In this document: positions 49,391-60,994 of the stretch, in pieces
Numbering within the stretch: position 1 is the stretch's first letter
How the letters are laid out: every line of letters starts with the position of its first letter
Assembly: GCA_964654465.1 (NCBI GenBank)
Contig: CAZZIO010000040.1
Location: forward strand, 64,001-128,000
Origin: an uncultured Dictyoglomota bacterium
Lineage (GTDB): Bacteria > Dictyoglomota > Dictyoglomia > Dictyoglomales > Dictyoglomaceae
Direction of reading: 5' to 3'
DNA: 64,000 nucleotides
Position numbers and translations under genes: made by a program
Notes under the pieces: generated by a model
The model's database searches: none
The model's input: only the letters and a program-made list of their open reading frames with translations
What the model was told of the DNA's origin: nothing

Positions 49391-51937
49391 ATGAAGGAAA
49401 AAATTCAATTGATTCTTTCTCATAACTACTTAGATTTTGATGCCTTATCCTCTCTCTATGCTGCAAAAAAACTATACCCAAAAGCCATAGCTTATACAAG
49501 CAAAAGCATGGAGAGAAAAGTTTATGAATTCTATTTATTATACAAGGATATCCTTAGGTTTCAAGAAAACTACGAGTATATTATTTCAAACAAAGACAAT
49601 ATAGAAAAGATCATATTAGTAGATAACCATTACGTAAACAGAATAGATAAAAATATTCAAGAAATATTCAAAGAAGGAAATTATATTATAGAAATTTACG
49701 ACCATCATGAAAGTGGAGACATAAAAGGAAATACTGAAATCATAGAAAGAACTGGGTCCACCACCACCATATTAGTAGAAAAACTAATAGAAAATAAAAT
49801 TCCTATAGATCCCATAGAAGCTACCATATTTCTAATTGGAATTTACCAGGATACAGGGAATTTTACCTTTGCAAATACTACTCCAAAAGATTTAAAAATA
49901 GCCAGCATTCTTTTAGAAAGAGGTGCTGATTTAAACATCATAAACTATTATTTACACGAAAAATTAACCGACGAGCAAAAAGAATTTCTTGATGAACTTT
50001 TACAGAACTCAAAAGAGGAAATTATAAGAGGTTATAAGGTTGTTATAAGCAAGTTAAAAAAGGAAAAATATATAGAAGGTCTCTCTATATTGGCTCATAA
50101 AGTTTTGGATGAAAAAGAAGGAGATATTCTTTTCATATTACTTCAAGTAAAGGAAAAAATTTATGTATTAGGAAGAACAAGACTTCCCAACATCGATCTT
50201 AGAGATATCTTGAAAGAATTTAATCCGGGAGGACATAAAAGTGCTACTACTGTAGTACTGAATAGCAATAGCATAGAGCTTGACGACCTTGAAAATTTTT
50301 TAAAAGAAAGATTACTAATTTCTTTACCTAAAGATTTTACTGCAAAAGATATAATGTCCTATCCAGTAGTCACAATAACATCAGATACAAGCATTCGTGA
50401 GGCCTTCAGAATAATGATGAAATATGGTTATGGTGGATTATGTGTTGAGGAAAATGGCAAGCTTATAGGAATTATAAGTAGAAGAGATGTAGAAAAAGCA
50501 ATAAATTTAAAACTAACAAAAAGAAAGGTCAAATCTTTTATGTCAAAACCAGTAATAACTGTCACACCTGAAACATCTATCTCTGAAATAGAAAGAATTT
50601 TAGTAGAAAAAAATATCGGAAGAGTTCCTGTAGTAGAAAATGGCAAGATAGTAGGAATTATTACAAGACAAGATATATTAAAGTTTAGATTTTTGAAATC
50701 ACAAACTTATGCACCTTTAGGAAGTATATTTCAGATCCAAGAAGAGAAAATAAAAAATTCGCCTTGGAAAGAGATTTTAGAAGAATTGAGAAATTTGACA
50801 TCACAGTATAACATTTCTATTTATGCCATTGGAGGTTTTGTAAGGGATCTTTTATTGGGAATACCTAATTACGATCTTGATCTAGTAGTAGAAGGAGATA
50901 TAAATATCGTTATATCAAAAATAATGGATAAATGGACTGGAAAAGTGAAAGTTCATGATGAATTTGGAACATCCGAAATTGTCATAGATGGAAAGAGAAT
51001 AGATATCGCTACTGCAAGAACTGAATATTATGAGGAACCTGGAAGCCTCCCAAAGGTAGAGAGAAGTTCTTTTTGGTTAGACTTAAAAAGAAGAGATTTC
51101 ACGATAAATGCTTTAGCAATGAGTTTAAATGAAGAAAATTTTGGAGAAATCATAGATCTTTATGGGGGATTAGAAGATCTTACAAGAAAAGAATTAAGAG
51201 TTCTCCATAATTTAAGTTTTATAGAAGATCCAACAAGAATTCTTAGAGGAATAAGATTAGAAGTAAGACTTTCCTTTTCCTTTGAAGAAAAAACATTTTC
51301 ATTATTGAAAGAAGCCATAGAGCATGGATTTCTTAAAAAGATTGGAAAAGAAAGATTAAGAGAAGAAATAATTCTAATCTTAAACGAAAAAGAACCAGTA
51401 AAAGTATTGAGAAGATTGGAAGAATTAAATGCTATAAACCAAATATTTCCAATTAAAAATCTTCCAAAGAATATAGAGAAAACACTTGATATTTTAAGAA
51501 AAGAGTATCCTGAAAATTATAAAATTCAAGTCTTAGATATAATTTCAAATGCCGACGAAAAAGATGGCACAATATGGTTAGAAGAATTACATTTTTCTAA
51601 AAAAACCATATATTATTTCTCTATACTGAAAAGATACATGGAAAAAGAGATACTTAATGAAAAAGACATTCTTTTCCTCTATGAACTTCCAATACACATA
51701 TTACTTCTTATTTCTGTCAATGCAAAAAGAAAAAAAGAAATTCTTAGAATAAAACTTCTAAAAGAGAAAAAAGTACCATATATAACTGGAGAAGAACTAC
51801 TTAGCCTTGGTATTAGAGGAAGAAAAATAGGAGAAACTCTAAAATTATTATTTTTGAAACATTTTAATAATGAGATAAAAGATAAACATGATGAAATAAA
51901 ACTTATAAATGAAATTATAAACCAAGCTCCTCAATAG
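49391..51937 (+). CDS. cca: tRNA nucleotidyltransferase (CCA- or A-adding) with N-terminal DHH and CBS domains
   Basis: DFDA, YDHH, GGH (DHH/DHHA1); two CBS repeats; GGFVRDLLL, DLDL, ARTEYY, RRDFTINA, EDPTR. Confidence 0.9.
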   Translation: MKEKIQLILSHNYLDFDALSSLYAAKKLYPKAIAYTSKSMERKVYEFYLLYKDILRFQENYEYIISNKDNIEKIILVDNHYVNRIDKNIQEIFKEGNYIIEIYDHHESGDIKGNTEIIERTGSTTTILVEKLIENKIPIDPIEATIFLIGIYQDTGNFTFANTTPKDLKIASILLERGADLNIINYYLHEKLTDEQKEFLDELLQNSKEEIIRGYKVVISKLKKEKYIEGLSILAHKVLDEKEGDILFILLQVKEKIYVLGRTRLPNIDLRDILKEFNPGGHKSATTVVLNSNSIELDDLENFLKERLLISLPKDFTAKDIMSYPVVTITSDTSIREAFRIMMKYGYGGLCVEENGKLIGIISRRDVEKAINLKLTKRKVKSFMSKPVITVTPETSISEIERILVEKNIGRVPVVENGKIVGIITRQDILKFRFLKSQTYAPLGSIFQIQEEKIKNSPWKEILEELRNLTSQYNISIYAIGGFVRDLLLGIPNYDLDLVVEGDINIVISKIMDKWTGKVKVHDEFGTSEIVIDGKRIDIATARTEYYEEPGSLPKVERSSFWLDLKRRDFTINALAMSLNEENFGEIIDLYGGLEDLTRKELRVLHNLSFIEDPTRILRGIRLEVRLSFSFEEKTFSLLKEAIEHGFLKKIGKERLREEIILILNEKEPVKVLRRLEELNAINQIFPIKNLPKNIEKTLDILRKEYPENYKIQVLDIISNADEKDGTIWLEELHFSKKTIYYFSILKRYMEKEILNEKDILFLYELPIHILLLISVNAKRKKEILRIKLLKEKKVPYITGEELLSLGIRGRKIGETLKLLFLKHFNNEIKDKHDEIKLINEIINQAPQ

Positions 51938-53054
51938 GATCCTTTAAAATTTCTCCATTAAATTTATAAACACTGCATAGCCTCTTTGCAGAACCAAACC
52001 CTGTTAATATTTCATAAGGAATAGTATTCGAAAGAATAGAAAGTTCTTGAGCATCTATTATTTTATCTCCTTCCTTTCCCATAATTGTTACCAAATCACC
52101 CGCTTTTATATCCTTATCCGTAACATTTACTGTAAATTGATCCATTGATATCCTTCCTACAACTTTAAAAAAATCACCTTTTATTATAACTTTAGCCTTA
52201 TTTGATAGTTCTCTTCTATATCCATCAGCATATCCTATAGGAATAAGTGCCAAAACCATATTTTTTTGTGTAATATATGTATGTCCATAACCTATTCCCC
52301 ATCCTGCAGGTACCTCTTTTATTAAAGTAACCCTCGCTTTGACTTCCATAACTGGCTTTAATTTCTTATCTCCATATCCATACAAAGAGATACCAGGTCT
52401 TACAGCTTGATAATGTAGTTCTGGAAAATTAAAAATTCCCCCTGTATTGGATACATGAAAATATATGTCATCATGATAATTTTTTAGATCATTATATATT
52501 TTCTGGCAAAGGTCCTTTTGAAATATATTATAAGGATCCTTTTTGTTTTCTGGAGTAGAAAGATGTGTAGACAAAGCCTCTAAATATAGTTCAGGATATT
52601 TACTTAATATATCCTTTATTTTATCTATATCAGTAGGAAGTATACCTTCTCTGCCCATGCCTGTATCTATAGCAAGATGAAATTTTAATCTCTTTCCTAA
52701 TTTCTTAGCGTATTTACCAAGTTCCTCTAAGAAAAACAAATCCGAAACTAATGGAATAAGATTAAATTCAAAAAAATAAGGAATAGAATAATAAAGCTGG
52801 GGAGATAAAATTAATATCTCCCCAGTTATACCTATGTTTCTTAACTCAATTCCTTCTTCTATGTGAGCAACAGCAAATTTTTTAATTCCCTCTTTTTGCA
52901 AGAATCTTGATACTACTTTTGCTCCATGCCCATAAGCATCAGCTTTAACTACAGCTATTATTTCAACTTTTTCTCCTACTTTTTCTTTTATAATCTTTAA
53001 ATTATTTAAAAGAGCAGATAAATCAATTTCTCTCCAAGCCAATTTATTTTCCAT
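51915..53054 (-). CDS. alr: Alanine racemase
   Basis: AVVKADAYGHG, DTGMGREG, RPGISLYG, IGYG, GYADG, GRISMDQ, TIPYE. Confidence 0.97.
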   Translation of the reverse strand: MENKLAWREIDLSALLNNLKIIKEKVGEKVEIIAVVKADAYGHGAKVVSRFLQKEGIKKFAVAHIEEGIELRNIGITGEILILSPQLYYSIPYFFEFNLIPLVSDLFFLEELGKYAKKLGKRLKFHLAIDTGMGREGILPTDIDKIKDILSKYPELYLEALSTHLSTPENKKDPYNIFQKDLCQKIYNDLKNYHDDIYFHVSNTGGIFNFPELHYQAVRPGISLYGYGDKKLKPVMEVKARVTLIKEVPAGWGIGYGHTYITQKNMVLALIPIGYADGYRRELSNKAKVIIKGDFFKVVGRISMDQFTVNVTDKDIKAGDLVTIMGKEGDKIIDAQELSILSNTIPYEILTGFGSAKRLCSVYKFNGEILKDPIEELGL

Positions 53055-53660
53055 TTATGATTCCTTTAATCTTAACAACCTAAAGAAATTTCCTCTTTCT
53101 AGTTCTTCTAACTTAACTGTAATAAGTTTTATGGTTTCCTCAATTTGAGGAATCAATTTATATTCTAAGGCATTAACTCTTCTCTTGGTCCTCTCTATCT
53201 CTTGAAGAAGAGAAAGAATATATCTTTCTTTATTAGCTAAAGCCACTAATTCATCTAACAATTCAGACCATAAACGTGAAAGCTCGTCTAAATCAGCAGG
53301 AGTTTCTATCAAGCTATAAGATGGAAAATAAAGGTTAGAAATTGATAGTTCCTTAACAGGAATATTCATCTTCTTTTCATATTTTTGGTACAAAAGACTT
53401 TTTCCATCATTCATAAATACAAGTAAATCCCATATAGGCCCAGAAGTTTTTATATATACAATACCTCCGAGAGCCAAGAATTCTAAAAATTTCTCCTCTG
53501 TAAGTTCTCTTAAAGTTCTATAGCTTTGTATCTCTTCCATAAATCTTTGGATCAAACCTTCTAATTTATCTTCCAACAATTTATGCCCTCTCCTCGCAAT
53601 AGCAAGTCTTTTTTTAAGTCTTAAAAGTTCCATTCGGTTAGGATTAACTCTAAGAGGCAT
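53055..53660 (-). CDS. atpD: A/V-type ATPase subunit D
   Basis: [31 protein letters not shown]; start at ATG 53660. Confidence 0.95.
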   Translation of the reverse strand: MPLRVNPNRMELLRLKKRLAIARRGHKLLEDKLEGLIQRFMEEIQSYRTLRELTEEKFLEFLALGGIVYIKTSGPIWDLLVFMNDGKSLLYQKYEKKMNIPVKELSISNLYFPSYSLIETPADLDELSRLWSELLDELVALANKERYILSLLQEIERTKRRVNALEYKLIPQIEETIKLITVKLEELERGNFFRLLRLKES

Positions 53661-55032
53661 CTTCCTTCCCCCAGAATTCATCAAGATATTCAGGTCTCAC
53701 TCTCTTGAGACTGGATCTTGGCAATTTTCTAAGTAGCTTCCAACCTAAATCTAAGGTCTCAAATATACTTCTATTTTCATATTCACCTTGTCTTATAAAT
53801 TTATCCTCAAATTCCTCTGCAAATTCTAAAAACTGCAAATCCTCTTCAGTAAGGGCTGCTTCTCCTAAAACTACCGCTAACTCTTTAGCCTCTAATCCAC
53901 GTGAGTAGGCGGCATAAAGCTGGTTAGAAAGATCACCATGATCTTTTCTTGTTCTTCCTTCTCCTATTCCACCTCTCATAAGCCTTGATAAAGATTGAAG
54001 AACATCTATAGGTGGATAAATTCCTCTTCTGTAAAGTTCTCTACTTAGGAATATCTGACCCTCCGTAATATAACCTGTGAGATCTGGTATAGGGTGAGTT
54101 CTATCATCTTCTGGCATGGTAAGAATAGGTAGTAGAGTGATAGATCCTTTCTTACCTTTAATTCTTCCTGCCCTTTCATATAATGTGGCAAGATCTGTAT
54201 AAAGGTAACCTGGATAACCTCTTCTTCCTGGGACTTCTTTTCTTGCAGCTGATACCTCTCTTAATGCTTCTGCATAATTGGTCATATCACTTAATATGAC
54301 TAAAACATGCATGTCTAAGTCAAAAGCTAAATATTCAGCACAGGTTAACGCAAATCTTGGGGTTGCAATTCTTTCTATAACTGGATCATTGGCAAGATTT
54401 ATAAAAAGAACACTTCTTTCAAGAGCTCCCGTTTCTTTAAAGTTTTCTATAAAGAAATTAGCTTCTTCAAAAGTAATACCCATAGCTCCAAAAACTACTG
54501 CGAATTTTTCTTCCTCATTCAAGAGTCTTGCTTGTCTCGCTATTTGTGCCGCTAATGTAGCATGGGGTAGTCCAGATCCTGAAAATATAGGAATTTTCTG
54601 TCCACGTACAATAGTATTCATTCCATCTATCGCAGAGATACCAGTTTGAATAAATTCCGATGGATAGGCTCGAGAATAAGGATTAATTGGACTACCATTT
54701 ATATCCATCCTCTTATGAGGAATGATCTCAGGACCACCGTCTCTTGGACGCCCCAGACCATCAAAAGTTCTTCCAAGGAGAGAAGGAGAAAGATTTATTT
54801 CAAGAACGTGCCCCAAAAACTTAATTCTCATACCTTTTAAAGATAAATCTTGTGTGCTTGCAAACATCTGCACTAAAGCAGCACCTTCTTGAGCTTCGAG
54901 AACTTGCCCCTGTCTTATTTCTCCATTAGAAAGCTTTACTTCAACAACCTCTCCATATTTGACATTTTCTATATTCTCCACCAAAACTAAAGGTCCACTT
55001 ATTTTTGATACAGAGGTATATTCTTTAAGCAT
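53650..55032 (-). CDS. atpB: A/V-type ATPase subunit B
   Basis: [42 protein letters not shown]. Confidence 0.98.
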   Translation of the reverse strand: MLKEYTSVSKISGPLVLVENIENVKYGEVVEVKLSNGEIRQGQVLEAQEGAALVQMFASTQDLSLKGMRIKFLGHVLEINLSPSLLGRTFDGLGRPRDGGPEIIPHKRMDINGSPINPYSRAYPSEFIQTGISAIDGMNTIVRGQKIPIFSGSGLPHATLAAQIARQARLLNEEEKFAVVFGAMGITFEEANFFIENFKETGALERSVLFINLANDPVIERIATPRFALTCAEYLAFDLDMHVLVILSDMTNYAEALREVSAARKEVPGRRGYPGYLYTDLATLYERAGRIKGKKGSITLLPILTMPEDDRTHPIPDLTGYITEGQIFLSRELYRRGIYPPIDVLQSLSRLMRGGIGEGRTRKDHGDLSNQLYAAYSRGLEAKELAVVLGEAALTEEDLQFLEFAEEFEDKFIRQGEYENRSIFETLDLGWKLLRKLPRSSLKRVRPEYLDEFWGKEDAS

Positions 55033-56794
55033 ATTCCTTTGTCCCCTCCTTTATACCACGCAACTTCTGAGCAACCTCAAAAAGTAGATCTTCTAACTCC
55101 TTCCTCCTATCCTCTGGTATAAATTTCATTCGGGCTATCTTTTCCCTTTCTGGCATTCTTAAAATATCATCTAAAGGATAACCTTCTTCTATTAACTTTA
55201 AAGCTACATTATGAAAATTCATTATGTTTTTAAGCATAAGATATTGCTTATACAATGAAGTATAGGTGTCAACCTCATGAAGTGCATTTTGATGTAAGAA
55301 ATCTTCTCTTATAGATCTTGCCGTTTCTAAAGTTAATCTATCTTGAGGTGATAAAGCTTCCATTCCTACTAATCTTACAATATCTTGAAGTTCCGCTTCT
55401 CTTTGTAGAATTGCCATAGCTTTTTGCCTTAATTCATAATAATCTTCAGCTATTTTTTCTCTCCAATACTTACTAACAGGCTCCAAATATAAAGAATAAC
55501 TTACAAGCCAATCTACTGCAGGAAAATGTCTACTAAAGGCAAGTCTTGCATCTAGTCCCCAGAATACTTTAGCAACTCTCAATGTGGCCTGTACAACAGG
55601 ATCAGATAAGTCTCCCCCAGGAGGAGACACGGCTCCTATAATACTTACTGAACCTATCTTTTCATCTTTTCCTAAACATCTTACTAAGCCTGCTCTTTCA
55701 TAAAATCCTGCTACTCGAGAGGCTAAATAAGCAGGATAACCTTCTTCTCCTGGCATTTCTCCAAGTCTTCCAGAAATCTCTCTCATTGCTTCTGCCCAAC
55801 GTGATGTGGAATCAGCCATTAATGCTACATGATATCCCATATCTCTAAAGTATTCTGCTATTGTAATACCTGTAAATACAGAAGCCTCTCTTGCTGCTAC
55901 TGGCATATTAGATGTATTTGCTATGAGAATTGTTCTTTCCATTAATGGTTTTCCTGTTCGAGGATCTTTTAACTCAGGAAATTCTATCAACACTTCGGTC
56001 ATCTCATTCCCTCTTTCACCACAACCAATATAAACTACAACTTCTGCATCTGCCCATTTAGCTAATTGGTGCTGAATAATTGTCTTTCCACTTCCAAAAG
56101 GTCCAGGAACACAAGCGGTACCACCTTTTACCAATGGAAAGAAAGTATCCAATACCCTCTGTCCTGTTATCAAAGGTATTTGAGGAGGAAGCTTTTCTTT
56201 AACAGGTCTCTGGTATCTTACTGGCCATTTATGCATTAACTTTAATTCTACTTTATCCCCATTCTCTTCCTCTAATATTCCTATAGTATCATCTACCGTA
56301 AAACTACCATTTTTAATTTCTAAAATTTTCCCTTTTAGCTTAGGAGGAACTAAAATTCTATGTTGTAATGCTGATGTTTCTTGCACAACTCCTAATATAT
56401 CTCCACCTTCCACATAATCCCCTACCTTGACTCTTGCCTCAAAATTCCACTTTTTGTTTCTATCTAAGGCTGGGAAAGAAAGTCCTCTACTTAAAAAATC
56501 TCCACTAATTTCGGCCAATCTATTTAATGGCCTTTGGATTCCATCATAAATCTGACCAATAATTCCAGGTCCCAGTTCAACAGAAAGAGGCTCACCTAAT
56601 GCATATACGGGCTCTCCTGGTCCTATCCCTTGAGTTTCTTCATATACTTGAATATATACTAAATCATTATCCAAACCAATAATTTCACCAAAAAGCTCTA
56701 AGTTTCCTACCCTTACCATCTCATACATCTTAACATTTGCAAGCCCTTTCGCTACAACTAAAGGACCTGCAACTCTAACTATCTTTCCTTCCAT
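55025..56794 (-). CDS. atpA: A/V-type ATPase catalytic subunit A
   Basis: [42 protein letters not shown]. Confidence 0.98.
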   Translation of the reverse strand: MEGKIVRVAGPLVVAKGLANVKMYEMVRVGNLELFGEIIGLDNDLVYIQVYEETQGIGPGEPVYALGEPLSVELGPGIIGQIYDGIQRPLNRLAEISGDFLSRGLSFPALDRNKKWNFEARVKVGDYVEGGDILGVVQETSALQHRILVPPKLKGKILEIKNGSFTVDDTIGILEEENGDKVELKLMHKWPVRYQRPVKEKLPPQIPLITGQRVLDTFFPLVKGGTACVPGPFGSGKTIIQHQLAKWADAEVVVYIGCGERGNEMTEVLIEFPELKDPRTGKPLMERTILIANTSNMPVAAREASVFTGITIAEYFRDMGYHVALMADSTSRWAEAMREISGRLGEMPGEEGYPAYLASRVAGFYERAGLVRCLGKDEKIGSVSIIGAVSPPGGDLSDPVVQATLRVAKVFWGLDARLAFSRHFPAVDWLVSYSLYLEPVSKYWREKIAEDYYELRQKAMAILQREAELQDIVRLVGMEALSPQDRLTLETARSIREDFLHQNALHEVDTYTSLYKQYLMLKNIMNFHNVALKLIEEGYPLDDILRMPEREKIARMKFIPEDRRKELEDLLFEVAQKLRGIKEGTKEYA

Positions 56795-56798
56795 ATTA

Positions 56799-57110
56799 CT
56801 ATCCCTCTCCTTCAGAAAGTATATCTATTCCTAAGGCTTTTTCAGCCATATCTCTTAAAATCTCTTCCCCTAATTTTCGTTGTGAAAATGTATCGGGTAA
56901 AATAAGAGGAATCTTATCTTTTACATTTTCTAAAATCTTTCCAGAAACACTTTCCAAAACTATAATCAAAGAATATTCCTTATCAGATAATCTATTAAAA
57001 ACATCAAAGGCTTCTTTTTCATTTTTTACAGGAAAAACATCTACACCGTATATCTTAAATATTTCTACCAAACTTTCCAAACCTATAATAGCAATTTTAC
57101 CTTCAAGCAT
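56799..57110 (-). CDS. atpF: A/V-type ATPase subunit F
   Basis: KIAIIG...GVD...EKALGIDI; size and position. Confidence 0.88.
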   Translation of the reverse strand: MLEGKIAIIGLESLVEIFKIYGVDVFPVKNEKEAFDVFNRLSDKEYSLIIVLESVSGKILENVKDKIPLILPDTFSQRKLGEEILRDMAEKALGIDILSEGEG

Positions 57111-57966
57111 TTGTCTTCAACAACCTTCTTTCCCAAAAAGCTTTTGGAATATTATTCTTTTTACTCTCTAAAAGGAGAATTAAATCTTCTAATTCCCACC
57201 ATTTGTTATAGAAATAAAAAATAACAACTTCAGGACCACTAATCACATTTTTAAAATTCATTGTCATATAATTTAAAAGATATTTTTTAATCAAAAAGTC
57301 AAAGTCAACATTTTCAGCCTCTTTTAAAACCTCTTGATAAATCCCAGATGTTTTCTCATGAAAAGATTCAATAGAACTCAGATTTATACCATATTTTTTA
57401 AATATATCTATATTTATATTTAATCTTTGAAGTCTTGAAATAATCTTTAAAACATAAAGATCTGTCCTTAATTCCCAAAATTTCTTAATATTAGGCAAAC
57501 TAAGATTTTTTGTAAGCTCTTGTGAATACTTTACTACCTCCAAATCGATATATATATTTAAGAGGTTTAAATCATTAGTATCTTGCCAAAATCTAAACGC
57601 TCTATCTAATATTCTCTTTTTTAATTGATCATAAACAGCGCCATATTTGACATCAAAGGTCCCTAAAAAATCCTGTTGTATATTACTCTTTAATAAATTC
57701 GCCCTTACATCATGAACCATTAAATCAAAAAGCATAAGATCTAAATATGGAGACTTAACAGTCATCCTTATGTTTTTAAGATCGTCGTTTAGAATTTTTA
57801 TAATTCCCACATATCCTTCTAAAAGGCTCCCATAATTATTATTCCTTAAAAAATCAACTAACTCTTCTATAGAGGAATTTATTAACTGCTCCCATGTTGC
57901 TTTATCTATGAATTTAGGAAACTTAGCCTTTAAATTTGTAGATAAAAATAGATATTCTGCATACAT
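57103..57966 (-). CDS. atpC: A/V-type ATPase subunit C (d)
   Basis: Position between E and F; GPEVVIFY..K..E..DL motif; divergent and short. Confidence 0.8.
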   Translation of the reverse strand: MYAEYLFLSTNLKAKFPKFIDKATWEQLINSSIEELVDFLRNNNYGSLLEGYVGIIKILNDDLKNIRMTVKSPYLDLMLFDLMVHDVRANLLKSNIQQDFLGTFDVKYGAVYDQLKKRILDRAFRFWQDTNDLNLLNIYIDLEVVKYSQELTKNLSLPNIKKFWELRTDLYVLKIISRLQRLNINIDIFKKYGINLSSIESFHEKTSGIYQEVLKEAENVDFDFLIKKYLLNYMTMNFKNVISGPEVVIFYFYNKWWELEDLILLLESKKNNIPKAFWERRLLKTNA

Positions 57967-57968
57967 AA

Positions 57969-58535
57969 TTACATTTCACCACGCAATATTTTAGCAATAT
58001 CAAGAATATTATTATTCACAAGCTCTTCCAAAATTGTGTCTAAGGTAAGATCTATAATCACATTTCCTTTTTCAATTATAAATCCACCCATCCCTTCAAC
58101 TCTTTCTTCTCTCAGTATAAGATTAAATTCCTTTGAGAGAGTTTCAATATCCAGACTATCTTCGCCCTTTGTCAACAAAATACTACCCTCATTAATCTTT
58201 TCCCTTAATAAAATAGATCTCCATATGTCTGTATACTTATCTTTTGAAAGCTTCTTTACTCTTTTTAAAAGTTCAGATTTCAAATTGTATACAACTTCAG
58301 TCTCAATCTTAGCTGATTCAGTTAAATACTTCAGTTTAATCTGAGACGTTAAAGTCTCTTCCTCTTTCTTCAATCTATTTTCCAACTCTCTCTTAATCTG
58401 TTCCTTCCACTCTTCAAACTCTTTTTCTTTTTTTGTCACAAAATCAGTAAATTCCTTTTCCTTCTTCTCTCTTAACTCTTCAATTTTAAATTCTTTTTCT
58501 TTTTCAAGCCTTTCTAATACTTTCTCTATAGACAT
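57969..58535 (-). CDS. atpE: A/V-type ATPase subunit E
   Basis: N-terminal coiled coil, GGFII...IDLTL; position after K. Confidence 0.85.
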   Translation of the reverse strand: MSIEKVLERLEKEKEFKIEELREKKEKEFTDFVTKKEKEFEEWKEQIKRELENRLKKEEETLTSQIKLKYLTESAKIETEVVYNLKSELLKRVKKLSKDKYTDIWRSILLREKINEGSILLTKGEDSLDIETLSKEFNLILREERVEGMGGFIIEKGNVIIDLTLDTILEELVNNNILDIAKILRGEM

Positions 58536-59008
58536 TAGATCTTCACTCCAAAGAATAAGAATATTATTGAGGTAATTAAAGAAAGAATAGCGTAGGTTTC
58601 AACTAAAGCAGGAATAATAATAGCCTGACCAGAAGTTTGTGGTTTTTGGGCTACCATTTGCAATGCTGCGGCACTTGCTCTACCCTGCCAAATTCCACTC
58701 ACAAATTCACCAATCATAAGAGGAATACTTACAGCAAAAACCATAAGCCCCTGCTCAAGGGTTAAATTAGGGACATTACCCCCAAGAAGCCCAAGCCTCA
58801 TTAAAATAAGAAATGCTCCTATAAATCCATAAAATCCCTGTGTACCAGGAAGAGCTTGTAGTATAAGAACAGTACCAAAAAGCTCTGGTTTTTCTGCTAA
58901 TACTCCTCCTGCGGCCTCACCAGCAATACCAACTCCTTTACCAGAACCTGCTGCTGCAAGACCAGCACCTAAAGCAGCGCCTATAAGGGCAATTGCTAAA
59001 CCCAACAT
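58535..59008 (-). CDS. atpK: A/V-type ATPase subunit K (c), four-TM NtpK type
   Basis: GSGKGVG, QALPGTQGFYG, SGIWQG, LVETYAI. Confidence 0.96.
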   Translation of the reverse strand: MLGLAIALIGAALGAGLAAAGSGKGVGIAGEAAGGVLAEKPELFGTVLILQALPGTQGFYGFIGAFLILMRLGLLGGNVPNLTLEQGLMVFAVSIPLMIGEFVSGIWQGRASAAALQMVAQKPQTSGQAIIIPALVETYAILSLITSIIFLFFGVKI

Positions 59009-59013
59009 ACTTC

Positions 59014-60984
59014 TTACCTCCCATTAGATTGTTTCTTTAATTTAAAATACTTACCTTCCACTCTATAAATAGAGAACCTTCTGCCACCATCAACAAAGAA
59101 CCTTCCATACATTTCTAAAAATTGCAATCTGGTAGAATGAACAAAGGCTGAAAGAGCACTTAAAACAAAATTTAATACTTGGCCGAAAACCCATACTAAT
59201 GGCAACAATATAAAACCTAAAACTGGAATCCCTTTAATCATATTAGCTAGTTGTGTTATCACGAAACCAAATATTGAACCTACTAAGTTCAAAGCAAAAA
59301 GTCTTGAATAGGAAAGAATATCTCCAACAAATGAGGTCAAGCCATATCCACCTAATATTCCGTATATACTAATTAATCCCACAATAAATCTTGCTACACC
59401 CTTATTATCCCTTCCTTGAGTTAACACAAGACCTATCAAGCTTAACCAAATTAGATATTTAAATATTTGTAAGTATGGAATATTTATTTTTAGTGCATTT
59501 CCTCCAAAATATATAAGGATTGATCCTAAAAAGAGTATCCAAAGTCCAGCATCATAAAAAGCCCCTTTATAATCCTTTACCCTCCAACAAGAAATAAATC
59601 TTAAAATTAAAGCATAAAATTGAGATATTACACCAATGAGAAGTGCAATTCCTAAAGCGGTTATTAAGTCCTGACTTGGATTTATAATAGGGAATATCCC
59701 TATAAATTTACCGTCAGGACCTAAAAATATCTGATTACCAAAAAAACTCCAAGTAATTATACCAACTAAAATAGATGGGAAACTTAGAATAGTTAATAAA
59801 TCCAACAATTCCTTAGTTTCATCTTCGGGTTTATAAACTTTCTTTATCCATATTGTAGAGATGAGTAAAAGAAGTCCATAACCCACATCCCCCAAACAAA
59901 TACCAAAAAATAACATATAAAAAGGTACCATAAAGGGAGTAGGATCTATAAATCCATAAGGAGGAAGTCCATAAAGCTTCGTTAAAAATTCAAAGGGTTT
60001 TATAAATTTAGGATTATCTAAAAGTACAGGTGGATCCTCATCGGGTAATGGATCTCTACTCTCAAAGCCAAAATCGGTAAGTCTTTTTTTAACAATATTT
60101 AGAAATTCGTTTTTATCCTTTTTAGGTATCCAACCAGAAAAAACAGAAAAATATTTACTTCTATAAGAATACTCTTTATAACCCAACTCTCCTACCTTAG
60201 AAAGGTAATAATCATACCAGGCAAGTATGTTTTTCTTTCTAGTATATAGATCTTTAGCCTTCTCAAAAAGTTCGGAAAGTTCTTTTTTTAATTTTATTAG
60301 AAAATTACTTATCTTCTCAAGGGCAGTTTTTGGATAATGTTTTAAATAAGGGATTCTTTTATTCTCAAAATTATATTTTGTTAACAGGGATTCAAAATAG
60401 AATATTTTATCCTTAGGTATAAGGATAACTATCCTTACTTCACCGTTTATTTCAAAATACTTATACCAACTTTCCTCTAATATATCACTTGCTTCCCTCA
60501 CAAACTCGGAAAAATCATCCTTTTTAAAACTTCCGCTATACAGGTTAAATCGCTTAAAGGTTCTGGGAAAATTTAATTCTGAATCCAGAAATTCCCAATA
60601 TTTAGTTTCCTCATACAAAGCAGTCAAAATTTTCTCTTTTTCTTCTATTACTGAAAGCTTTTTTTCTAAACTTTTTGCTTCCTTATATAAACTTTCTAAG
60701 GAGACCTCACTCCTTAATTTTTCAAACTCTTCTTCAGAAATTTCCTCTCTACCAGCAAAAAAAGCTTCTAAAAAACCCTTTTTTTGTGGATAAAATATAT
60801 TTATAATCCTTAGTATATCCTCTATTCTTGAAATTTCGTTATCATATGGGTTTCCTTTTTCTGGGGTCTCCTCATCTCCTAATTTCTCCCAATGGATACG
60901 GGGGAACTCTTTGAATATATCTCTCAATATACTCTCTTCATTCTTAGGAACAATTAACCAAAATTTCTCTACATCTAAAATCAT
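59014..60984 (-). CDS. atpI: A/V-type ATPase subunit I (a)
   Basis: PFE...YGLP..IDPT, FFG..LGDVGYG, DILSYSRLFAL, HSTRLQFLE. Confidence 0.95.
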   Translation of the reverse strand: MILDVEKFWLIVPKNEESILRDIFKEFPRIHWEKLGDEETPEKGNPYDNEISRIEDILRIINIFYPQKKGFLEAFFAGREEISEEEFEKLRSEVSLESLYKEAKSLEKKLSVIEEKEKILTALYEETKYWEFLDSELNFPRTFKRFNLYSGSFKKDDFSEFVREASDILEESWYKYFEINGEVRIVILIPKDKIFYFESLLTKYNFENKRIPYLKHYPKTALEKISNFLIKLKKELSELFEKAKDLYTRKKNILAWYDYYLSKVGELGYKEYSYRSKYFSVFSGWIPKKDKNEFLNIVKKRLTDFGFESRDPLPDEDPPVLLDNPKFIKPFEFLTKLYGLPPYGFIDPTPFMVPFYMLFFGICLGDVGYGLLLLISTIWIKKVYKPEDETKELLDLLTILSFPSILVGIITWSFFGNQIFLGPDGKFIGIFPIINPSQDLITALGIALLIGVISQFYALILRFISCWRVKDYKGAFYDAGLWILFLGSILIYFGGNALKINIPYLQIFKYLIWLSLIGLVLTQGRDNKGVARFIVGLISIYGILGGYGLTSFVGDILSYSRLFALNLVGSIFGFVITQLANMIKGIPVLGFILLPLVWVFGQVLNFVLSALSAFVHSTRLQFLEMYGRFFVDGGRRFSIYRVEGKYFKLKKQSNGR

Positions 60985-60994
60985 TTTTTCTTCC

